From Acidimicrobiales bacterium (GTDB lineage Bacteria > Actinomycetota > Acidimicrobiia > Acidimicrobiales > Aldehydirespiratoraceae): 64,000 bases of DNA. Position 1 is the stretch's first letter. The number at the start of each line of letters is the position of its first letter. The position numbers and the translations under genes are program-made. Below are positions 10,211 to 20,831 of the stretch, in pieces. The notes beneath the pieces were generated by a model that made no database searches, had not been told where the DNA came from, and saw only the letters and a list, made by a program, of their open reading frames with translations. The DNA lies in assembly GCA_029246685.1 (NCBI GenBank), contig JAQWMR010000003.1, positions 3,964 to 67,963 on the forward strand, given 5' to 3'.

Positions 10211-10352
10211 GCTACGTGAGCGTACCGGCGAGCCACCGGCTAACGGCAATGGGTATTTGGGCCATACTCGCGTGTCGATCGGCCTATCAGCCCCCAGCGA
10301 GCTTGTGAAAGCGAATCTGACACTAGCGAGCGTCCGTGCGAAAGTATGCGCA

Positions 10353-11174
10353 GTGTCGAGCCACCCGTGGAACACCGACTTTGCGTGGCTGCGACCCTCT
10401 GTAGCGCCACGGCGACTCACCGAGACGCAGATCGACCAGTTCCACGAGCAAGGCTTCTTCGTCATCGAGAACCTGATCGATGCCGAGACCGTGGCCGCAG
10501 TGACCGCCGAACTCGACGAGATCGAGGCCGAGGTCGACGCGCTCCTTCAAGGTCTGCCCGACGAGCGGATGTTCATCGCTGAGTCCGGAGCGATCACCTT
10601 CTCCCCCCACGCCGTCAAGCAGTCGCCCGCGGCGCAAGCCGTCAGCGCTCATCCGGCGATCGCGGACGTGTGCCACGACCTGCTCGGCCCAGACGTTCGG
10701 CTCTATTGGGACCAGCTCGTCTACAAGAAGCCGCAAAAGCCGCGGGAGTTCCCGTGGCATCAGGACAACGGGTACACCTACGTCGAACCCCAGCAGTACC
10801 TCACGATCTGGCTGTCCCTGACCGACGCGACCGTCGATGCGGGCTGCCCGTGGGTCGCGCCCGGTGAGCATCTCGGCGGCACGCTCGCACACGACTACGT
10901 GGACCCACTCGGCTTCCAGTGCTTCCCCGACCATCCGGACAAGGTCGCAGCGCCCGTCGGCCCGGGGGGTGCCGTCGTGTTCTCGTCGCTCACCCCTCAC
11001 AAGACGGGGCCGAACACGACCGACGGCGTCCGCAAGACCTACATCCTCCAGTACGCCCCCCATGGCGCGGACGTGCTCGAAGGCGATGTCACCGCGGCGC
11101 CCACCGGTCGGGTACGCCAGGACGACCCCGAGCGGCAGTACCCCGTCGTCGAAGGCGGGGTCCCGGTCGAATGA
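10353..11174 (+). CDS. Phytanoyl-CoA dioxygenase (PhyH) family Fe/2OG oxygenase
   Basis: QFHEQGFFV, WHQD, H.TGPN.T...R motifs; GTG start inferred. Confidence 0.9.
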   Translation: MSSHPWNTDFAWLRPSVAPRRLTETQIDQFHEQGFFVIENLIDAETVAAVTAELDEIEAEVDALLQGLPDERMFIAESGAITFSPHAVKQSPAAQAVSAHPAIADVCHDLLGPDVRLYWDQLVYKKPQKPREFPWHQDNGYTYVEPQQYLTIWLSLTDATVDAGCPWVAPGEHLGGTLAHDYVDPLGFQCFPDHPDKVAAPVGPGGAVVFSSLTPHKTGPNTTDGVRKTYILQYAPHGADVLEGDVTAAPTGRVRQDDPERQYPVVEGGVPVE

Positions 11175-13240
11175 CGCCGCTGCCGGCATGGACCGCGAAA
11201 GTCAGCTGGCTTTCGTGGCCGGCCGTGATCCTTGTTGTGCAGCAGGTGCTGTTTCCGGCTCCTGCGGGAAACATCGTCCAGGGCGTCATCCTCGGGCTGA
11301 TCACCGCGATGGTCGCGGTCGGGATGTGGCTCATCTTCCGAGCCAATCGCGTCATCAACTTCGCGACCGCCGAGTTCGGGTTCCTCCCGGGCATCATCGC
11401 GATGCTCCTGATCGTCGAGTCCGGGTGGGCATGGTGGGCCGGCTTCGGTGTCGGCGTCATCATCGCCGGCCTCTTGGGCGTCATCACCGAGTTCGTCATC
11501 ATCCGTCGATTCTTCGACTCGCCCCGCCTCGTCCTGACCGTCGCCACGATCGGTGTCGCGCAACTCTTCGGACTCATCGCGATCTTCGTGCCGGCGTGGT
11601 GGGACACCACGTTGCAGAACCAGCGCATCGAGCCGCCGTTCGGCAGCGTCCTCGACATCGGCAACTTCCGCTTTGACGCGAACGACCTGATGGTCGTCAT
11701 CATCGCGCCGACCATCCTGATCGCCGTCGGGCTTCTCCTTCGCTACACGCGGCTGGGAGTCGCGATTCGGGCCTCGGCGGAGCTCCCGTCGCGGGCAATG
11801 CTGCTGGGGATCCCGGTGAAGGGCCTCCAGTCAGTCGTGTGGGCGATCTTCGGCGTCCTGACCTTCACGGCGTTGTTCCTGCGGATCGGCGTGTTTGGCA
11901 CGCCGGTGGCGGGCCAACTCGGCCTGTTGTTCTTTCTCCGCGGGCTGGCGGCACTTACGCTCGGCCGCTTCACTCATCTCCCGACGATCATCGCCTCGGC
12001 ACTGGCGATCGGCGTGCTCCAGCAGGGCGTGGCGTGGAACACCGACGGCGAAGAAGCGCAACAGGTCATCGGCGCGGTGATCGGCGTGATCGTCGTGTTG
12101 TCGCTCGTCCTGCGGCGCGATCGCGGCCTTCGTTCCGCGATCGATGGGGCGTCCTGGCAGAGCGTCGGCGAGTCGCGGCCCGTCGCCGCCGTCTTCCGCC
12201 GGCTCCTGCTCGTCAGAGTCGGACGGATTGCCGGCTTCGCTGTCATCGCCTTCAGCCTGCTCTGGTGGCTGCCGTACTCGGGCCAGTTCGGTACGACCGT
12301 GCAACATCGATTCGCCATCATCTTCATCTTCACGATTCTGTTCATTTCGCTCGGAGTGCTCACCGGCTGGGCGGGGATGCTGTCGCTCGGCCAGCTCGGA
12401 TTCTTCGCGATCGGTGGCGTGGTCGCCGGAAAACTCACCGTCGAGTACGACCTCGACTACCTCCTCGCCCTGCTCGCGGCTGGAGCTGCCGGTGCCGCGG
12501 CGTCGCTGGTGGTCGGAGTACCGGCGTTGCGATTACGGGGCAACTATCTCGCCGTCGCGACGCTCGTCTTCTCGATCGCCGTCGCCGGCTACTTCCTCAA
12601 CCCGCAGTTCTTCGACTGGGTGCTACGGCCGACCGATCGCATCGAACGCAACCCGATCCTGGGGGTGGTCGATTGGCGAACGACCCGAGCCTCCTACTTC
12701 GTCGCGCTCGCCGTCACAGCCGTGATGATTCTCGCCGCGAACGCCATCCGGCGATCGCGAACCGGTCGCATCCTGATCGCGCTGCGAGACAACGAGGACG
12801 GCACCGAAGCGTTCGGCATCAGCGCGGTGCGGGCGAAGCTGACCGCATTCGCCATCTCCGGCTTCTTCGCGGCGGTCGCCGGCGGCGTGGCCGTGCATCA
12901 CGATCAGTTCTTCCAACCGGACAACCCGCTCTTCAACCTGAGCATCTTCACCGGTGCCGTACTCGGTGGGCTCGGCACTGCAGCCGGCGCGGCCTTGGGT
13001 GCGCTCTACTTCAACGGCACGTTCTTCTGGCTGCGCGAGGAGTGGCGCCTCTTCACAAGCGCGATCGGCACCCTGCTCATCCTGTGGCTCGCTCCCTCTG
13101 GTCTCCATGGTCTCTGGCAGACCGTTCGTGACATGTTCCTACGTTGGTACGGCGCACGACGGGGCGTCGTCGACGCGGATCTCTCCGAGGACCTCTTAGA
13201 CGTGTCCGCGCCGGAATCCCTCGAGGAGGTCGCCTCATGA
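11171..13240 (+). CDS. Fused LivH-LivM branched-chain-amino-acid-type ABC permease
   Basis: RVINFA..EFG, YTRLGVAIRA, GWAGMLSLGQ, LRLRGNYLAVATL, RSRTGRILIALRDNE, VLGGLGT; ATGA overlap with phyH. Confidence 0.92.
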   Translation: MTPLPAWTAKVSWLSWPAVILVVQQVLFPAPAGNIVQGVILGLITAMVAVGMWLIFRANRVINFATAEFGFLPGIIAMLLIVESGWAWWAGFGVGVIIAGLLGVITEFVIIRRFFDSPRLVLTVATIGVAQLFGLIAIFVPAWWDTTLQNQRIEPPFGSVLDIGNFRFDANDLMVVIIAPTILIAVGLLLRYTRLGVAIRASAELPSRAMLLGIPVKGLQSVVWAIFGVLTFTALFLRIGVFGTPVAGQLGLLFFLRGLAALTLGRFTHLPTIIASALAIGVLQQGVAWNTDGEEAQQVIGAVIGVIVVLSLVLRRDRGLRSAIDGASWQSVGESRPVAAVFRRLLLVRVGRIAGFAVIAFSLLWWLPYSGQFGTTVQHRFAIIFIFTILFISLGVLTGWAGMLSLGQLGFFAIGGVVAGKLTVEYDLDYLLALLAAGAAGAAASLVVGVPALRLRGNYLAVATLVFSIAVAGYFLNPQFFDWVLRPTDRIERNPILGVVDWRTTRASYFVALAVTAVMILAANAIRRSRTGRILIALRDNEDGTEAFGISAVRAKLTAFAISGFFAAVAGGVAVHHDQFFQPDNPLFNLSIFTGAVLGGLGTAAGAALGALYFNGTFFWLREEWRLFTSAIGTLLILWLAPSGLHGLWQTVRDMFLRWYGARRGVVDADLSEDLLDVSAPESLEEVAS

Positions 13241-16218
13241 CCGCAGTGGACGACGCACCGACAGAGTCGCCGAACGACGGACGCGTCCGCGGCTTCATGC
13301 GCAGCATCGTCGGGACCGGACCGATTCTTCCGCTCACGGTGCTGTTCGGTCTCAACGCGGTCGACGAACTGGATCGCGCCGCGGCCGCGATCCTTGCGCC
13401 GGAGATCCTCGAAGAGTTCGACCTGTCATTCGGCTCCTACTTCCTCATCATCGCCGTCGTCTCGTTCTTCGTCCTGATCGCCCAGCCACTCGTCGCTGGT
13501 CTTGCTGATCGCTACAACCGAGTCCGCATCGCTCTCGTCGGCGCAGTTGCGTGGGCGTTCTTCAGTTTCACGACCGGGCTGGCGATCGGCATCCTGACTT
13601 TCGTCGCCGCCCGCATCGGCTCGGGTGTCGGCAAGGCGGTCAACGACCCCACCCACGGTTCACTGCTCGCGGACTGGTACAAGCCCAACGACCGGCCGAA
13701 GGTCTACAGCTTCCACGGCGCGGCCAACGCCGTCGGTGCCGGCTTCGGTCCCCTCTTCGCCGGCATGCTCGCCTTCTCGTTTGGCTGGCGCACGCCCTTC
13801 CTGCTCTTCGCGTTCCCCACCATTGCGATCGTGCTCGTCGGACTACGTCTCAAGGAGCCGATCCGCGGGGCACTCGAACGAGCCGAGGTCGGTGGCGACG
13901 AGGAAGCGATCAACACCGAGGAGACACCACCGTCGTTCGCCGAGGCCTGGCGAATGTGCTGGAAGATCGAGGCGCTGCGCCGCATCTGGTTCGCCACCCC
14001 GTTCCTGTCCGCTTCCGTCATCGGCTTCAGCAGCCTGACGTTCTTCCTCTACGACCAGGAGTACGGGCTCGACGAGCGGGCCCGCGGCGTGATCGCAGCG
14101 GCCGGGCAACCGGCCCGCATCCTCGGACTGATCATCGGCGGCGTGGTCGGGGCTCGGCTCATCAAACGCGATCCCGGCCTTATCCTTCGCTTCCTGGCGA
14201 TCATCTCGCTCATCACGTCGGTGCTCTCCGCGATCTTCGCCCTCGTTCCCAACCTGGCGGTGGCGATTGCCGCCGACATGCTGATCGGGCTCTGCCTCTC
14301 GATCGTCGGACCGGGGATCGTCGCCTCGCTCTCGCTCGCGATTCCGCCGCGAGCCCGGGCAATGGGCTTTTCCATCGGCAACCTCTTCGTCATCCCCGGC
14401 CTGTTCAACCTGTGGCTTGTCGGCGAGATCGCGGACGCGTGGGGCATCCGCGCCGGCATGGCGATGATGACGCCCGTCTTCCTCATCGGTGGCCTCGTCA
14501 TCGCTTCCGGCGGCGGCGTGATCGGTCGAGACATCGACGACGTCCGCCATGCGACCCTCACGCGCTCCCAGGTGCTCGCGGCGCGGCGCCGAGGCGAAGT
14601 CAAGCTGCTCTACTGCCGTGGCCTCAACGCGGGCTACGACGGCGTACGGGTACTCCACGACATCGACTTCGAGATCGACGAGGGCCAGATCGTCGCCCTG
14701 CTCGGCACAAACGGTGCAGGAAAGTCCACGCTGTTGAAGACGATCTCCGGCGTCGTGCAAGCCGACTCCGGAGCGATCATGCTCGACGGGCGTGACACCA
14801 CCCACCCGCCTCCCAACGAGGTGACCGGCCTGGGGATCGTCCAGATCCCGGGCGGGGCCGGAGTCTTCCCGGGGCTGACTGTCCGAGAGAACCTCCAGGC
14901 CGCCGGATGGCTCAACCGCGGGAGTTCCACGGAGCTCGACGCTGCCCACGCCCGAGTCTTCGAGGCCTTCCCGGAGTTGGAGAACCGGCTGGACGAGTCC
15001 GCCGCGAATCTCTCCGGTGGAGAGCAACAGATGCTCGCCCTCGGGATGACGTTCCTGATGAAGCCGAAGCTGCTCATGATCGATGAGCTCTCGCTCGGTC
15101 TCGCGCCGATCGTCGTCGAGCGACTACTCGAGATGGTCCGTGAGATCGCCGCGACCGGCGTCACGGTGATCGTCGTCGAACAGTCCGTGAACGTCGCGCT
15201 CGAACTCGCCGACACGGCGTACTTCATGGAGCGGGGCCGCATCCGCTTCCACGGGCCGACCGAAGAGCTCCTCGAGCGCCGAGACCTGCTTCGCTCGGTC
15301 TTCCTCGGCGACCCGACGGAAGACAACGACCAGGCCGACGATGACCAGGCCGGCGACGACGCCACGTCCGAAACAGCAGCATTCGCAACGCCCGCGCCGA
15401 GCGAGGCAACGGGCGCCCCGAGGATGAGCGTGCACGGGCTCGCCCGGAGCTTCGGTGGCATTCAAGCCGTCTCCGGCGCATCGTTCGACGTGTACGACGA
15501 GGAGATCCTCGGCTTCATCGGGCCCAACGGCGCAGGCAAGACCACGCTGTTCGACCTGATCGGCGGATCCACGCCGGCCGATGCAGGGACGATCCACCTC
15601 GGCCACACGCCATTGCACAACCGCTCCGCCAGCGCACGAGCCCGGGCCGGATTGGGACGGTCGTTCCAGGACGCGCGCCTCTTCCCTGCGCTCACGGTCG
15701 AACAGACGATTGCCGTGTCGCTCGAACGTTGGATCCGCTGGGGTGGGCCAGTGACCGCGGCTCTTCACCTGCCGATGGCCTTCGACAGCGAGGCGAACGT
15801 CGCCATACGAGTCGATGAACTCGTCGAGTTGATGGGGTTGGAGCGATTCCGCCACAAGACGATCCGCGAGCTGTCGACCGGCACCCGCCGCATCGTGGAT
15901 ATCGCCTGCGTGGTCGCCCACCGCCCCACCGTCGTTTTGTTGGACGAGCCGTCGAGCGGTATCGCGCAGAGCGAAGTCGAGGCACTCGCTCCCGTCCTCG
16001 AGCGCATGCGCAGCGAGATGGGAGCATCGCTGCTCGTAATCGAACACGACATGAATCTGCTCAAGAGCATCGCTGACCGCGTCATCGCCATGGACCAGGG
16101 CACGATCATTGCGAACGGCAAGCCGGAGGCCGTCCTTTCGAACCCGGCCGTCGTCGCGGCCTACCTTGGAACCGACGAGGTCGCGATCTCGCGCTCAGGA
16201 AAGCGACGCGACAACTAA
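13237..16218 (+). CDS. MFS permease fused to two ABC ATPase domains (LivF-like then LivG-like)
   Basis: About 12 hydrophobic segments with motif A GLADRYNR; GTNGAGKS/LSGGEQQM/LLMIDE; second GPNGAGKT/LSTGTRR/VVLLDEP/IEHD; one uninterrupted frame. Confidence 0.92.
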   Translation: MTAVDDAPTESPNDGRVRGFMRSIVGTGPILPLTVLFGLNAVDELDRAAAAILAPEILEEFDLSFGSYFLIIAVVSFFVLIAQPLVAGLADRYNRVRIALVGAVAWAFFSFTTGLAIGILTFVAARIGSGVGKAVNDPTHGSLLADWYKPNDRPKVYSFHGAANAVGAGFGPLFAGMLAFSFGWRTPFLLFAFPTIAIVLVGLRLKEPIRGALERAEVGGDEEAINTEETPPSFAEAWRMCWKIEALRRIWFATPFLSASVIGFSSLTFFLYDQEYGLDERARGVIAAAGQPARILGLIIGGVVGARLIKRDPGLILRFLAIISLITSVLSAIFALVPNLAVAIAADMLIGLCLSIVGPGIVASLSLAIPPRARAMGFSIGNLFVIPGLFNLWLVGEIADAWGIRAGMAMMTPVFLIGGLVIASGGGVIGRDIDDVRHATLTRSQVLAARRRGEVKLLYCRGLNAGYDGVRVLHDIDFEIDEGQIVALLGTNGAGKSTLLKTISGVVQADSGAIMLDGRDTTHPPPNEVTGLGIVQIPGGAGVFPGLTVRENLQAAGWLNRGSSTELDAAHARVFEAFPELENRLDESAANLSGGEQQMLALGMTFLMKPKLLMIDELSLGLAPIVVERLLEMVREIAATGVTVIVVEQSVNVALELADTAYFMERGRIRFHGPTEELLERRDLLRSVFLGDPTEDNDQADDDQAGDDATSETAAFATPAPSEATGAPRMSVHGLARSFGGIQAVSGASFDVYDEEILGFIGPNGAGKTTLFDLIGGSTPADAGTIHLGHTPLHNRSASARARAGLGRSFQDARLFPALTVEQTIAVSLERWIRWGGPVTAALHLPMAFDSEANVAIRVDELVELMGLERFRHKTIRELSTGTRRIVDIACVVAHRPTVVLLDEPSSGIAQSEVEALAPVLERMRSEMGASLLVIEHDMNLLKSIADRVIAMDQGTIIANGKPEAVLSNPAVVAAYLGTDEVAISRSGKRRDN

Positions 16219-16264
16219 ATCGACTCGGGGCACGACCTCGACGAACGTGGAGGGGGATCCACAC

Positions 16265-18106
16265 ATGGAACCAGCATCAGCAGACGGAGGCGGGGGCGAC
16301 CTCAGCCGTCAACTCAAGCGCTACGGCCCACTCGGCCTGCTTGCGATCATCATCGTGGTGGTGGTCGTGGTAGTCATCGCATCGAGCGGAGGCGACGACG
16401 ACACTGTCACCGACGATGAGTCGAACGTCGATGTCGGCGACCCGGACGGACCGACGGATCCCGACGATCCTGTTGATCCCGTCGACCCCGATGCGCCGCT
16501 GAGCACCGACGGCTCCAGTGGTCCCCGTCTCGACGTGAACGGACGCGAACTCCTCGATGGCGTCGTCCCCCTCAGCTGGGCGGTCGAACAAGGCGTGGAA
16601 AGCCAGTACGAGTGGGGCGACCGTTGTGATCAGGACCGCGGCACCGTCGCGGTGCCCGACGCCTTTGCCGTCGAGTGTGTTGCCCTCTTCGACGACGACA
16701 ACGGCGGAGCGACGCACCAAGGCGTGACCGAGGACACGATCACGATCGCCTGGTTCCAGGCGCAGGAGGAGGACCCGATTCTGCGTTACGTGACGTCCGC
16801 GATCGTCAACGACGACACGAACGCGCAGGAGGAGGCCACGGTTCGCGGACTGATCTCCTACTTCGAGACGTATTACGAAACCTACGGGCGCAAGGTCGAG
16901 CTCGTCGTCGTCCCCGCCAGCGGCAATATCGCCGATGTGAGCGCCGCGGTCGCCGACGCGAAGTTCATCGTCGAGGACGTGAAGCCATTCATGGTCTGGG
17001 GCGGACCGTTGCTGACAAATGCCTACGCGCAGGAGCTCCACGCCAACGGCATCCCCTGTTTTAGCTGCCAGGTCGGCGTGAACTTCGACTACTACGAGGA
17101 GTTCCCAGGGCTCGCCTACGCCGTCGGCAAGGGCGGAGAACAGCTGGACCTGCTGATCGCCGAGTACGTCGCCAAGCGGCTGGCCGGTGATCCAGCGATC
17201 CACGCCGGCGATGAGTCCATGCACGGCACCGAACGAGTGTTCGGGCGGGTGTGGACAACCACGGGTGAAGGGTCCGAGCGGGCGAACGAGCGCTTCGAAG
17301 CGAACCTCGGGGCGCTCGGCGTCGAGATCACCGAATCACAGAGCTATGTTCTCGACCCGGCAACCCTGCAGGAGTCGGTGACTTCGATCGTCACGAAGCT
17401 CAAGGAAGCCGGTGTCACGTCGGTCATCGTCAGCACCGACCCGATCGGGCCTCGCGACTTGACGTTCGAAGCGACCGCTCAGAACTACTTCCCGGAGTGG
17501 ATCGTGACGGGCTCGGTTCTGGTGGACACGACCGCGTTCGCACGGTCCTACGACCAGGCACAGTGGAAGAATGCGTTCGGCATTTCGAACCTGTCGACCC
17601 GCATCGTCCAGAGCGAGGGCGGCATCTTCTCGATCTACGAGTGGTTCCATGGCGAGCGCCCGCCGGCGGACGACACGATCGGCGTCCTCTCACCCGACCC
17701 GCAGACGTTCTATTCGTTCCTCCAGGCCGTCGGCCCGGAGCTCAATGTGGAGAACTTCAACCACGCCGCGTTCTCCGGATTGCCGACGGCACGAGGGGTG
17801 ACCTCGCCGTCGCTCTCGTGGGGTTCCGAAGGCATCTGGCCTGATGACCTCGAACCCGACTACCGCGGCGTCGACGACGTCAGCGAGATCTGGTGGGACG
17901 CCGACCAGCCGGGAATCAACGAGATCGAGGACGAAGGGCTCGGCATGTACTTCTGGGTCGACGGCGGTGTGCGCTACAAGCCGACCGAGATCCCGGAGGG
18001 TCCACCCAAGGCGTTCGTCGCAGAGGGGGCAGTCGACATCTATCCCGAGCGGCCCGCCGACGAGCAGTATCCAGGCACCTACGAGCCGTTGACCCCCGCC
18101 AGCTGA
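16265..18106 (+). CDS. Membrane-anchored ABC substrate-binding protein (Liv-type periplasmic-binding fold)
   Basis: N-terminal TM anchor, acidic D/P linker, GGATHQGVTEDTITI, YETYGRKVEL, KLKEAGVTSV, QNYFPEWIV; last gene of the operon. Confidence 0.85.
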   Translation: MEPASADGGGGDLSRQLKRYGPLGLLAIIIVVVVVVVIASSGGDDDTVTDDESNVDVGDPDGPTDPDDPVDPVDPDAPLSTDGSSGPRLDVNGRELLDGVVPLSWAVEQGVESQYEWGDRCDQDRGTVAVPDAFAVECVALFDDDNGGATHQGVTEDTITIAWFQAQEEDPILRYVTSAIVNDDTNAQEEATVRGLISYFETYYETYGRKVELVVVPASGNIADVSAAVADAKFIVEDVKPFMVWGGPLLTNAYAQELHANGIPCFSCQVGVNFDYYEEFPGLAYAVGKGGEQLDLLIAEYVAKRLAGDPAIHAGDESMHGTERVFGRVWTTTGEGSERANERFEANLGALGVEITESQSYVLDPATLQESVTSIVTKLKEAGVTSVIVSTDPIGPRDLTFEATAQNYFPEWIVTGSVLVDTTAFARSYDQAQWKNAFGISNLSTRIVQSEGGIFSIYEWFHGERPPADDTIGVLSPDPQTFYSFLQAVGPELNVENFNHAAFSGLPTARGVTSPSLSWGSEGIWPDDLEPDYRGVDDVSEIWWDADQPGINEIEDEGLGMYFWVDGGVRYKPTEIPEGPPKAFVAEGAVDIYPERPADEQYPGTYEPLTPAS

Positions 18107-19155
18107 GGCAGTCCAGCCACCCAGGTCTGCTGCACCTGGAAGTCATCGGACATCGCAACTAAATCGGCTCGGCAGCCGGGGGTGATCGACCCCCGGTCGT
18201 CGAGGCCGAGCACGGACGCCGGCACAGCCGACGCAGCGTTCACGGCATCGATGAGGGAGATCCCCACCTCGTCGACCGTCCGTCGGACGGCCTCGTTCAT
18301 CCGCAGCGCGCTGCCCGCAAGCGTGCCGTCAGCGAGCCGGGGCGCCCAGTCGACCAGAGCCGCGTCGTCGAACGCGGCTGCGTCGGTGACCAGGGCAATC
18401 CGGTCAGACCCCTTGGCCCGCCAAGCGAGCCGCATCATTCGCACATCCACGTGCACGCCGTCGGCGATCAACCCACCCACGAGCCGATCATCCGTCAGGG
18501 CCACACCAAGAGCGCCCGGTTCACGATGGTGCAGCGGACCGGCGGCGTTGTACAGATGCGTGAACATGGTTGCCCCCGCCTCGATCGCGGCCTCGGTCTG
18601 CTCGGCGGTCGCTTGGGTGTGGCCCAGGGCGACAACGATGCCGCGCTCGCGAAGCAAGCGGATGGCATCGAGTGCCCCCTCGCGCTCGGGACCAAGCGTG
18701 ACGATCCCGACATGGGCAGGGAGCCCGGCGATCCACTCCATGTCGATGCGGTCAGCGGCAACCGCCTGATGCGCTCCATGCGCTGCTCCGAGGTAGGGAC
18801 CTTCGAGATGCACGCTGATCACGTTCGGGCCGGGTTGTCCAGCGCGATCACCGATCGCAGCGAGGCGAGCGTCGAGGACCGGCAGTGGAGCCGAGATCAG
18901 CGTCGGGCACCACGAGGTGACGCCTTGGCCGGCGACCTCGGCGAGAAGCCGTCTCCATGACGACTCGTCGGCAGTGGCCACGTCGACGTCGCGGTGGCCG
19001 TTGACCTGAAGGTCCACGAACCCCGGGGCGATGAGGTCGAACGTCGGCGCGTCCGCAGGTCGGAGGTCCGCGATGACGCCGTCATCGACAAGGACCTCGA
19101 GGTTCTCGGCGACTCCTTCCGGAAGAACGACCCGGCGTGCGCTGACCGTGGAGAT
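18079..19155 (-). CDS. nagA: N-acetylglucosamine-6-phosphate deacetylase; no canonical start (ATC at 19155; first GTG at 19017 is internal)
   Basis: PGFVDLQVNG, HLEGPYL, LGHT, THLYNA, IADGVH, LVTDA, GTLAGS, GCRADLV. Confidence 0.88.
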   Translation of the reverse strand: MSTVSARRVVLPEGVAENLEVLVDDGVIADLRPADAPTFDLIAPGFVDLQVNGHRDVDVATADESSWRRLLAEVAGQGVTSWCPTLISAPLPVLDARLAAIGDRAGQPGPNVISVHLEGPYLGAAHGAHQAVAADRIDMEWIAGLPAHVGIVTLGPEREGALDAIRLLRERGIVVALGHTQATAEQTEAAIEAGATMFTHLYNAAGPLHHREPGALGVALTDDRLVGGLIADGVHVDVRMMRLAWRAKGSDRIALVTDAAAFDDAALVDWAPRLADGTLAGSALRMNEAVRRTVDEVGISLIDAVNAASAVPASVLGLDDRGSITPGCRADLVAMSDDFQVQQTWVAGLPQLAGVNGS

Positions 19156-20703
19156 CTAGTTCACCGCGTCCCGCAGCTCGCGCCGCAGGATCTTGCCTGA
19201 CGCGCTCTTCGGGATGGCGTCGATCTCCTCGAGCAGACGAATCTGCTTGTAGCTGACGAGGTGTTCGCTCACGAAGGCCTGCACCTCGTCGAGGGTCACC
19301 GCGGCGCCGGGCATGAGCTGGACGAATGCCTTCGGAAGTTCGCCGACCGCTTCGTCGGGCACGCCGATGACCGCCACGTCCGCAATCAACGGATGCGTGA
19401 TCAACAGCGCCTCGAGCTCCGCCGGCGGCACCTGGAAGCCGTTGTACTTGATGAGCTCCTTGATGCGATCGACGATCGAGTAGTGGCCCGCCTCGTCGAT
19501 GATGGCGACATCGCCGGTGTGGACCCAGCCATCAGTGTCGATCGTCTCGGTCGTGGCCTCCTCGTTGTTGAGGTAGCCCTTCATCACCATCGGACCTCGG
19601 ACCCAGAGCTCGCCTCGCTCCCCCGCCGGCTGGTCCTCACCGGTCTCGGGATCGACGATCCGGCACTCGACGTTGGAGATCGCGACACCACTCGTGCCCG
19701 GCCGACCTTCCCCTTCGACGGTGCTGTGGGTGACAGGGCTCAGCTCGGTCATGCCGTAGCCCTGCACGACCTCGACGCCCATGCGCGACGCGGCCTCCTG
19801 GGCCAGGTCCGCACCAAGCGGTGCCGCCCCGGAGAAGACCATCTTCAACGAGGACAGGTCGTACTTCTCGACCTGCGGTGACTTGGCCAGTCCGAGCACC
19901 ATCGGTGGAACGGCGAAGAAGCGGGTGATCTTCTCTTCCTCAACGAGCCCGAGCGCCGCGTCGAGATCGAAGCGGGGCATCGTCACGACCTTGACGCCAT
20001 TGGCGATCAGACCGTTCATCAGCACCTGCATGCCGTAGATGTGGAAGAACGGGAGCGCAGCAAGCCCGGCTTCACCCGGCTGGTAGCGGATGACGTGTTC
20101 CATCTGCGCGATGTTCGCAACCAGGTTCCGATGCGTCAGCATCACGCCCTTCGGCAGCCCGGTGGTACCCGACGAGTACGGCAGGACGACCACATGGTCG
20201 GCGAAGTCGACCTCGACCTGGTCGATCGGCTCGCCGAACAGCGAGGCCACTGGCGTCGCTCCCTCGGCCTCGCCCATCAAGTAGAGCTCCGTGACGTCGG
20301 TCCCCTCGATTGCCTCGGTCGCGACCTTGAGGAACATCGGAACCGTGAGCAGCAGCGTCGCTCCGGCGTCCTGGAGCTGGAAGCGGACCTCCCCGGCCCC
20401 GTAGGTCGGGTTGATCGTGGTGATGGTGCCGCCGGCGACCGCAACGGCATGGAACGCGATCGCATACTCCGGAACGTTCGGCGCCATGATGCCGAGCACC
20501 GACCCCGGGCCGAACCCTCGGGCCTGGAGACCACCGGCCATGCGGTGAACGGCATCGCTCAGCTGGGCGAAGGTGTACGTCGAGGACGCCCCATCAGTGA
20601 TCGCAACGGCGTCCGGGCTGTCAGCCGCCATACGTAGCACGTGCGCGGTGATCGAGACATCAGGAATGTCGACATCGGGAAGCGGGCTTGTGTGGATGAT
20701 CAC
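19156..20703 (-). CDS. 4-coumarate-CoA-ligase-like acyl-CoA ligase
   Basis: LPYSSGTTGLPKGVMLTH, QGYGMTE, GWVHTGD, PKSASGKILR; GAAAGG RBS before GTG 20703. Confidence 0.93.
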   Translation of the reverse strand: MIIHTSPLPDVDIPDVSITAHVLRMAADSPDAVAITDGASSTYTFAQLSDAVHRMAGGLQARGFGPGSVLGIMAPNVPEYAIAFHAVAVAGGTITTINPTYGAGEVRFQLQDAGATLLLTVPMFLKVATEAIEGTDVTELYLMGEAEGATPVASLFGEPIDQVEVDFADHVVVLPYSSGTTGLPKGVMLTHRNLVANIAQMEHVIRYQPGEAGLAALPFFHIYGMQVLMNGLIANGVKVVTMPRFDLDAALGLVEEEKITRFFAVPPMVLGLAKSPQVEKYDLSSLKMVFSGAAPLGADLAQEAASRMGVEVVQGYGMTELSPVTHSTVEGEGRPGTSGVAISNVECRIVDPETGEDQPAGERGELWVRGPMVMKGYLNNEEATTETIDTDGWVHTGDVAIIDEAGHYSIVDRIKELIKYNGFQVPPAELEALLITHPLIADVAVIGVPDEAVGELPKAFVQLMPGAAVTLDEVQAFVSEHLVSYKQIRLLEEIDAIPKSASGKILRRELRDAVN

Positions 20704-20831
20704 GGGCCTTGCCTTTCGTCCAGGCCGCGCATCGTAGCAAGCCGCCTTCGAGCGGGCTGAATGGACCATTTGCCTGAGCCACCCGGCTCAACTGTCTTCC
20801 GCAACGGCGCGCGGGTTCTACCTTCAGGGTC

